Source: a bacterium (GTDB lineage: Bacteria; JAAXHH01). Taken from it: 64,000 nucleotides of DNA. The notes beneath the pieces were generated by a model that saw nothing but the letters and a program-made list of their open reading frames with translations, was not told the origin of the DNA and did not search any database. The translations under genes and the position numbers were made by a program. Shown here piece by piece: positions 58,219 to 64,000 of the stretch. Location of the stretch: contig OZ252103.1 of assembly GCA_965248395.1 (NCBI GenBank), forward strand, positions 3,127,493-3,191,492, written 5' to 3'. Within the stretch, counting starts at the first letter, position 1. Each line of letters opens with the position of its first letter.

Positions 58219-58245
58219 GGGCCAGGCGGGCCAGGCGGACCAGGC
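58219..58245. repeat. Three tandem copies of a 9-mer (gggccaggc) just upstream of the S8 peptidase start
   Basis: gggccaggc gggccaggc ggaccaggc. Confidence 0.4.
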
Positions 58246-58282
58246 GAACACAGGCGGGTCAGGGAAACCTGCAGGTCAGAAC

Positions 58283-58837
58283 TCATCTTGAATCCTGCTC
58301 CGGTGCGATCCGCTGTCGGAGGGACTTGCGTCTGATCCGGTACAGCATGATTCCGAGGATTGCAAGAAAAACAACGCTTCCCAGTGCCAGCGAGAGGTCC
58401 ACGCCCAGAACGCCCGCCATCTGCCTTCCGAGGTAGAATCCCAGGACGCCGCCGATCTTAAACCGCAGGGACTCCGGAAGAATCGGGACCAGGCTCCCCG
58501 TGGCGATTCCGATTACCATGAGGACCAGGAGCCAACCGGATTGCGCGAGCAGTATCACCGGTCGCTGAACCCGGATCCGGTTCCAGGCAAGTAATCCCAG
58601 GAGAATGGGCAGGACGTATGCCCCGTATCCCAGGGCGATCATCGCGCCGTAGGAAATCAGGGCGCCCGGACGGCCGCCCAGGTTGACCACTTCCTCCGGG
58701 CCCTGGCTTGAATTGGGGTAATCGTTTTCCGCGTGGGTTACCAGGCTGACCAGGACGAAGACCGCGACCGGAACCAAGAGAATCCCGATCGCGTGCATGC
58801 GGCGTTCGATGGCTCGGCTGAACGGAGGCAAGCTCAA
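58283..58837 (-). CDS. Stand-alone FtsK N-terminal 4-TM domain protein, with no translocase motor
   Basis: 184 aa. It is collinear with the E. coli FtsK N-terminus: THAENDYPNSSQG..VVNLGGRPGALISYGAMIALGYGAYVLPILLGLLAWNRIR matches [52 protein letters not shown]. Four predicted TM helices. The flanking genes, the S8 peptidase and purQ, are unrelated. Confidence 0.65.
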   Translation of the reverse strand: MSLPPFSRAIERRMHAIGILLVPVAVFVLVSLVTHAENDYPNSSQGPEEVVNLGGRPGALISYGAMIALGYGAYVLPILLGLLAWNRIRVQRPVILLAQSGWLLVLMVIGIATGSLVPILPESLRFKIGGVLGFYLGRQMAGVLGVDLSLALGSVVFLAILGIMLYRIRRKSLRQRIAPEQDSR

Positions 58838-58858
58838 TTGAATCGCTCCCGTCAGAAG

Positions 58859-59659
58859 CTATTGGATCCCGCGTGCATGGGTCACGGCATTCCGGAATAT
58901 GTGCAGTCCGTCAGGCTCCCTGCATCCCTCCCGGGTCCACCGCGGATGATGGGTCGGGTGCGTGTAACGCTCCGGATGAGGCATGAGCCCGAAGATACGT
59001 CCGGTTCCGTCGCAAATCCCGGCGATGGCATCCACCGAACCGTTCGGGCTCCAGGGATACCCGGCCTCCCCGGCGTCTACCCATGGCGGATTGGTGTACC
59101 GAAGCGCGACGTGACCGCCGGAACTCAGTCGTTCCCGCACTTCCGGTGAAGCCAGCATGACCTTGCCTTCCCCGTTCGCGACCGGAATGTATATGATCTC
59201 CGGCATGTCGCGGGTGAAAACGCAGGGACTCTCCGGATTTCCGCGCAGGTAGACCCAACGGCACTCGAATTTCCCGGAGTCGTTGTAAAACACGGTCGCT
59301 TCCTGCAGTCTCTCGCCCGTTTTCGTCTGGGGCAGGAGTCCCATCTTGACCAGCACCTGGAAACCATTGCAAATGCCGAGAATGAGTTTACCGTCCCCGA
59401 TGAAGGATTCCACGTCGTCCATCAGCCTGCACTGCAGTTCGTTGGCGAGCACCTTGCCGCCTGAAATATCGTCTCCGTAGGAGAAGCCGCCGGACAGGAC
59501 CAGTATGTCGTACTCGGACAGGCTGCGGCGCTCGCGTATGAATTCGTTGATGTGCACGGGATCCACCCGCGTCGCTCCGGCGAGGCGGAAAGCGTGCGCC
59601 GTTTCGTCATCGCAGTTGATCCCCGCGGCTCGCAGAATCAGGACGGAAGCAGTAGGCAT
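58859..59659 (-). CDS. purQ: Phosphoribosylformylglycinamidine synthase, glutaminase subunit PurQ
   Basis: Class-I GATase with the catalytic Cys in GICNGFQ and HPER. Confidence 0.85.
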   Translation of the reverse strand: MPTASVLILRAAGINCDDETAHAFRLAGATRVDPVHINEFIRERRSLSEYDILVLSGGFSYGDDISGGKVLANELQCRLMDDVESFIGDGKLILGICNGFQVLVKMGLLPQTKTGERLQEATVFYNDSGKFECRWVYLRGNPESPCVFTRDMPEIIYIPVANGEGKVMLASPEVRERLSSGGHVALRYTNPPWVDAGEAGYPWSPNGSVDAIAGICDGTGRIFGLMPHPERYTHPTHHPRWTREGCREPDGLHIFRNAVTHARGIQ

Positions 59660-59708
59660 GAACTCTCCCGGATTCGGAAGGGAATGACTGGCTTAACGCC
59701 TTGGCGCG

Positions 59709-62141
59709 TCACCATCTCAGTGGACGCTGCCAGGCTTCCTTCAAGGTGCGCAGGTCCGACGATACGACCTCTTCTCCGCCCAGGCCGCGCACGAGAAAGC
59801 GATCACCGCCGGTTACGACACCCACGCGGCCGAAGGGACATCCGTTCATTTGCGCTTCGAAATCAGCCTCGCGGCCCCGGGGCACTTCCACCACGAAGCG
59901 GCTGTTGGATTCGGAAAAAAGGACGATGTCGTCGCGGTCCGCGTCATGGTCCCGGGGAACGACACCCAGGTCCATCGTCATGCCGAATCCCCCCGCGAAG
60001 GCCATTTCCGCCGCGGCCACGGCCAGCCCGCCGTCGGAGCAGTCGTGACACGCGGCCACGAGCCCCCGGAACATGGCTTGGTGCAACCCCTTCATGTTCC
60101 CACTGCCGGCGGCGGCGTCCACGGTCGGTACGTTTCGGCCGATGTGTCCCAGCATGCGGTAGTACTGGGAACCACCCAGTTCGTTGCGGGTAAGTCCCAC
60201 CACGTAAATCGCGTTGCCCGGTGACTTGGCATCCATGCTGACGGCCCGGCGAACGTCGTCCATCACGCAGATGGCAGATATGAGCAGCGTGGGCGGAATG
60301 GCGATGGTCCGGTTGCCGTCAGAGAACTCGTTGTAAAAGCTGTCTTTCCCGGATATGAAAGGCGTGCCATAGGCCACGGCCGTGTCGTAACAGGCCCGCG
60401 CAGCTCGGACGAGCGCGGCGAGCCGGTCCGTCTTGTCCGGGTTGCCCCAGCAGAAATTGTCCAGCAGCGCGGTATGTTCGATGCTTCCTCCTACGCAGGT
60501 GATCTGGCGCAGGGCTTCGTCTATGGCGGAGGCCGCCATCCAGTAGGGATCGATGTCGGCATACGATGGATTGATGCCGTTGGCGACGATGACGCCCTTG
60601 TTCGACGACAGCACGGGGCGCACGATGGCGGCGTCCCCGGGTCCGTCGTTACGGGCGCCCTGCAGGGGCTTGAGTACGCTGCCGCCCTGTACCTCGTGAT
60701 CGTATTGCCGCACGACCCATTCCTTGCTCGCGACGTTCCACGACGCCAGAAGCCGGGTCAGGCTCCAGGAGGGATCGGGCCGGTCGGATTCGGCGGGTTC
60801 GGGATGGTCCGGCGGGTCCCACCGGGCCGTCCGGACGATGCGCGGCACCCCCATGTGCAGGAATTCCATGTCCAGGTCCGCGACGGTGGTCTGCTCACTG
60901 TCCCCTTGAACGTCTCTGCAGGTTACCCTCAACCGCCGGTCGCCGGTAAATGCGCCGATCACCGTGGCCTCTACGTCCTCGCTCGCGCAGAGTTCCCGCA
61001 GCGCTTCGATGCGATCGGGCGGGACTGCCAGGATCATGCGCTCCTGGGATTCCGAGAGGAAGATCTCCCACGGTTTCAATCCACCGTATTTGAGGGGCGC
61101 CAGTTCCAGGTGCACCACCGCGCCCGTTTCCTGGCCCATCTCACCGATAGCCGACGAAAACCCGCCGGCGCCGCAGTCGGTGATGTTCCGGTAGAGCATG
61201 CGGTCCCTGGCCTGCATCAGCACGTCGAGGATCTTCTTCTCCTCGATGGGATTGCCGATTTGAACGGCCTGCGTAGCGGTGGATTCCGAGGTATCGGTCA
61301 GTTCGATGGAAGAAAACGTGGCGCCGTGGATGCCGTCCCGGCCCGTCTTGCCGCCGATGGTTACGATGTAGTCACCAGGTTCGGCCGACTTGTCACACCG
61401 GTCAACCGGAATGACGGCGGCCGTGCCGCAGTACACCAGCGGGTTGCCCAGAAAACGCTCATCGAACAGGATGGCCCCGTTGACGGTCGGTATGCCCATG
61501 CGGTTGCCGTAGTCCCTGACACCCGCGACGACACCCTTGAAAATCCGCTTCGGATGCAACACGCCTTCAGGAAGCTCGTCGTAGGAGAAGTCGGGTGGAG
61601 CGAAACAGAACACATCCGTGTTGAAGATGGGTCTTCCGCCCAGGCCCGTGCCGAGCGGATCGCGGATGACCCCGCCGATCCCCGTGTTGGCTCCGCCATA
61701 GGGATCCAGCGCCGACGGATGGTTGTGGGTCTCGACCTTGAAAACGAGGTGGTAATCTTTGTCGAACTCGATAATGCCCGCGTTGTCGACAAACACGGAT
61801 ACGCACCGGTCTTCATCACCCTTCTGCCGGCGGATATCCTCGGTCGCCTTCCTGATAGTGTGGGCGAAGAGGTTGTCTATGCGCTCTGTCGTACCGTCCG
61901 CAACGTAATCGATGACTCCGTTGAAGACCTTGTGCTTGCAGTGCTCGGACCAGGTCTGCGCCAGTGTTTCGATTTCCACGTCGGTCGGATCGCGGCCGAT
62001 CGCGGCGAAATAACGCCGTATCGACCGCATTTCCTCCAGGTTCAGGGCCAGCATGCCTTCCCGGCTCAACCGCATCATTTCGTCGTCGGAAGCGTTCAGC
62101 AGACGGAGGTTATCTACCGTGGTATCGGTGGCGGAAGTCAT
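59709..62141 (-). CDS. purL: Phosphoribosylformylglycinamidine synthase subunit PurL (small-type, about 810 aa)
   Basis: Duplicated AIRS and AIRS_C domains and a PurL N-terminal linker. Motifs such as GGANTGIGGVIRD and VETHNHPSA are present. Confidence 0.9.
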   Translation of the reverse strand: MTSATDTTVDNLRLLNASDDEMMRLSREGMLALNLEEMRSIRRYFAAIGRDPTDVEIETLAQTWSEHCKHKVFNGVIDYVADGTTERIDNLFAHTIRKATEDIRRQKGDEDRCVSVFVDNAGIIEFDKDYHLVFKVETHNHPSALDPYGGANTGIGGVIRDPLGTGLGGRPIFNTDVFCFAPPDFSYDELPEGVLHPKRIFKGVVAGVRDYGNRMGIPTVNGAILFDERFLGNPLVYCGTAAVIPVDRCDKSAEPGDYIVTIGGKTGRDGIHGATFSSIELTDTSESTATQAVQIGNPIEEKKILDVLMQARDRMLYRNITDCGAGGFSSAIGEMGQETGAVVHLELAPLKYGGLKPWEIFLSESQERMILAVPPDRIEALRELCASEDVEATVIGAFTGDRRLRVTCRDVQGDSEQTTVADLDMEFLHMGVPRIVRTARWDPPDHPEPAESDRPDPSWSLTRLLASWNVASKEWVVRQYDHEVQGGSVLKPLQGARNDGPGDAAIVRPVLSSNKGVIVANGINPSYADIDPYWMAASAIDEALRQITCVGGSIEHTALLDNFCWGNPDKTDRLAALVRAARACYDTAVAYGTPFISGKDSFYNEFSDGNRTIAIPPTLLISAICVMDDVRRAVSMDAKSPGNAIYVVGLTRNELGGSQYYRMLGHIGRNVPTVDAAAGSGNMKGLHQAMFRGLVAACHDCSDGGLAVAAAEMAFAGGFGMTMDLGVVPRDHDADRDDIVLFSESNSRFVVEVPRGREADFEAQMNGCPFGRVGVVTGGDRFLVRGLGGEEVVSSDLRTLKEAWQRPLRW

Positions 62142-62626
62142 TTGCTCCCTTTGTAGCAGGTATACCTCTCGATCACGTCGTTGGCCAGCAGGCGTCGGCA
62201 GATGGTGTCGATCTGCGGCCTGCCAAACGAACCCGCCAGGATATATCCCCTTCCCGTGTCCACCGATTCAATCCCGGTAATCCCGAGGTCAAGACCACCT
62301 TTCAAGGTCGTCTCGCCCACGGCGTCGGTTACACCTGGTCTGAACCACACCTCCACACCCCATTCCCCGGACTTGACCGGCAGGGCGCGGGTGTCCGTTT
62401 CAAGGTGGTCCTGGGAGACCGGATCGGTGAGTAAAACCGTGGTGATCCGATCCACTTCGAAATCCGACAGCGCGCCGTGGAGGGCATAGAGCCGGACGTG
62501 CCGCACATGCTCGACCCCGTAGATACCCAGGTCCATGATATCGCCGCGGAGCCCTTCTCCCACGGCGTCCACCACGTCTTCCTTGTTCACGACAGCGATA
62601 CGCCAGGTTTGCGATTCGGAGGTCAT
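62138..62626 (-). CDS. purS: Tandem-duplicated PurS domain protein (FGAM synthase PurS subunit, two PurS folds in one polypeptide)
   Basis: Two consecutive PurS-like modules of about 80 aa: WRIAVVNKEDVVDAVGEGL...LYALHGALSDFEVDRITTVLLTDPVSQDHLE, and WGVEVWFRPGVTDAVGETTL...DTICRRLLANDVIERYTCY. Its stop overlaps the purL start. The start is uncertain; the track's 31-aa N-terminal extension is not PurS-like. Confidence 0.55.
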   Translation of the reverse strand: MTSESQTWRIAVVNKEDVVDAVGEGLRGDIMDLGIYGVEHVRHVRLYALHGALSDFEVDRITTVLLTDPVSQDHLETDTRALPVKSGEWGVEVWFRPGVTDAVGETTLKGGLDLGITGIESVDTGRGYILAGSFGRPQIDTICRRLLANDVIERYTCYKGSK

Positions 62627-62736
62627 CCGCTGTTTACCCCACGGGATGGAACACGGGTCACGCGAACCTTTGCCCGATTCTGAGAGTGCCAATTTATCCA
62701 CGGGCACCACGTATGTCAATCCTAAAGGGAAAACAC

Positions 62737-62765
62737 TTGACTTACCGGGCCATTCGATGTATTTT
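62737..62765 (+). promoter_or_regulatory. Sigma70-like promoter candidate (TTGACT-17-TATTTT) at the 5' end of a 450-nt non-coding region upstream of the sigma factor gene
   Basis: ttgact taccgggccattcgatg tatttt. Confidence 0.3.
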
Positions 62766-63168
62766 GGGAGTACTGGGGACTGTCACCCTGGCTAAGCCCT
62801 CTTATAAGCCCGTACATCTGGATTCCGGTTTTGTTTGATGGCAACCCGTCTCAGTTCCCGCAGTCTGGGTAACATCGTATATTCAGGTATTTACCGCACC
62901 CGCTGGATTATCCTTTCCGAATGTCTGACGATGGCGTCTTTGCCGCTCGCTTTTCTCCGACAGGATCCTGTATGGCACGCATCGTTCGACACACCGTTTT
63001 TACCACAAGGGAACACGTTGTGACGGGACCCGAGCCTGCATAGGCCGGAGCGGAACAGGCAGACCAGGCGTGGTGCATGGCGCGGAGGGGAGGTGACGCA
63101 AAATCGGCACATCATATCAAGAGTCCTATGGTAACGGGGCGAGATACGAACAGGCGCTGTATCGCTAC

Positions 63169-63978
63169 TTGGCCGAAATGTCCAAGTATCCTCTGATAAC
63201 GGCCGAAGAGGAAGTCAGGCTGGCCCGCCTGATCAAGCAAGGTGACCAGAAAGCACTGGATCAGCTGGTGAAGGCCAACCTGAGATTCGTCGTCAGCGTA
63301 GCCCGTCAGTATCAGAACTACGGCTTGCCTCTGCTGGACATGATCAACGAAGGAAACATGGGCCTGATGCGGGCCGCCAAGAAGTTCGATGAAACACGGG
63401 GTTACAAGTTTATCTCCTATGCCGTCTGGTGGATACGCCAGGCCATCATTCAGTCCATAGCCAATCAATCGAGAACCGTGCGGGTTCCGGTTAATCGATC
63501 CGAAGAACTCCGACGTATCAAGCAAACCTCCAAACATCTTCAGCACGAACTAGGCCGCAAACCCGATATCGATGAAATCGCCAAGGAAATGGACATCACG
63601 GTCGAAGAAATAAACGAAGCCCTCAGTTCTTTCAGCCATTGCATTTCCCTCGATGTTCCCTTCAATCACGATGACGACCGCAGCCTGCTCGACCTCCTGC
63701 CCGATGAAATGCAGACGGCGCCGGACGAAAACACCATGATGCAGTTCCTGAAGTCGGATGTCGGCAAGGTGCTGGACACGCTTCCGGACCGCGAGGCGGA
63801 GGTTATCCGCCTGTATTTCGGTGTAGGTTCGGTACGGGCCCATACGCTCGAGGAAATCGGCATTCGTTTCGGTCTTACGAGGGAACGGATTCGCCAGATC
63901 AAGGAACGGGCACTGCAGCGGTTGCGGCACGCGACCCGCAGCGGTAAGCTCAGTCCCTATCTCCGGGATGATGACTAA
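63169..63978 (+). CDS. RNA polymerase primary sigma factor, short Bacteroidetes-type sigmaA (sigma70 family; regions 1.2, 2, 3 and 4; no region 1.1)
   Basis: It is near-collinear with Bacteroides sigmaA as recalled: LITAEEEVRLARLIKQGDQKALDQLVKANLRFVVSVARQYQ..LLDMINEGNMGLMRAAKKFDETRGYKFISYAVWWIRQAI ... EAEVIRLYFG....TLEEIGIRFGLTRERIRQIKERALQRLRH. The start given is a TTG; a true upstream start is possible. Confidence 0.85.
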   Translation: MAEMSKYPLITAEEEVRLARLIKQGDQKALDQLVKANLRFVVSVARQYQNYGLPLLDMINEGNMGLMRAAKKFDETRGYKFISYAVWWIRQAIIQSIANQSRTVRVPVNRSEELRRIKQTSKHLQHELGRKPDIDEIAKEMDITVEEINEALSSFSHCISLDVPFNHDDDRSLLDLLPDEMQTAPDENTMMQFLKSDVGKVLDTLPDREAEVIRLYFGVGSVRAHTLEEIGIRFGLTRERIRQIKERALQRLRHATRSGKLSPYLRDDD

Positions 63979-64000
63979 GCGGTAAGCCTCGTTTGGATAC

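Noticed and set aside
1-64000. Mobile elements, integrases, transposases, tRNA genes, toxin-antitoxin pairs and restriction-modification or other defence systems
   Set aside because: None was found by reading all six frames and the intergenic regions. tRNAs were screened by eye only, for cloverleaf-sized intergenic gaps, so a tRNA inside one of the few larger gaps (28692-28938, 55926-56125, 62720-63168) cannot be fully excluded without tRNAscan-SE.

Overview
This 64 kb window is high-GC (about 63-65% by eye) bacterial chromosomal DNA, densely packed with genes and mostly housekeeping in content. Coding is good on both strands. Many start/stop overlaps (ATGA, GTGA, TGATG) indicate operons. Convergent gene ends sit only 3-11 nt apart.

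One secreted S8 peptidase carries a textbook T9SS/Por C-terminal sorting domain. The primary sigma factor is the short Bacteroidetes-type sigmaA. Together these suggest an FCB-superphylum organism such as Gemmatimonadota, Rhodothermota or Latescibacterota. That lineage call is inference only.

Recognisable content:
- A leucine-rich-repeat/Big_2 lipoprotein, frameshifted and truncated at the window edge.
- An M23 peptidase followed by three tandem, roughly 80%-identical family-5 solute-binding-protein paralogues.
- A convergent HlyD adaptor plus ABC ATPase pair with no permease.
- A lactonase interrupted by a frameshift in a G5/C5 run.
- A lipid-A cluster: lpxB, a DUF374 gene, and a waaA-lpxK fusion.
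- Housekeeping genes: guaA, a tandem-rhodanese sulfurtransferase, a GT2 glycosyltransferase, smc, coaE, nadD, a BamD-like TPR lipoprotein, rimO, a LolA-like protein, an amidohydrolase, a methylmalonyl-CoA mutase B12 subunit with meaB, recJ, the RNase P RNA (rnpB, hidden under spurious ORFs), a DUF164 zinc-ribbon protein, RidA and a Gfo/Idh/MocA oxidoreductase.
- A Rieske / cytochrome b / pentaheme cytochrome c operon.
- An 876-aa LmbE-family protein, ilvE, a formamidase and an SDR.
- Two tandem sigma54-dependent response regulators with no kinase nearby.
- trxA, ftsY and a DegT aminotransferase.
- An erpA / apbC-JAMM-xdhC cluster.
- The S8 peptidase with T9SS tail, a stand-alone FtsK N-terminal 4TM gene, purQ, purL and a tandem-PurS gene.
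- The sigmaA gene, preceded by a 450-nt leader.

I saw no transposase, integrase, CRISPR array, tRNA or obvious defence island.

The candidates most worth a second look as possibly novel are:
(i) the translationally coupled apbC-JAMM-xdhC module next to erpA;
(ii) the M23 peptidase with three orphan SBPs;
(iii) the orphan XPB-N-terminal-like / WYL-like 675-aa protein;
(iv) the stand-alone FtsK_4TM gene;
(v) the Rieske / cyt b / pentaheme-c complex;
(vi) the waaA-lpxK fusion.

Two independent frameshifts occur in C/G runs. This warns that indel errors may be present and that the fusion and split calls need read-level confirmation.
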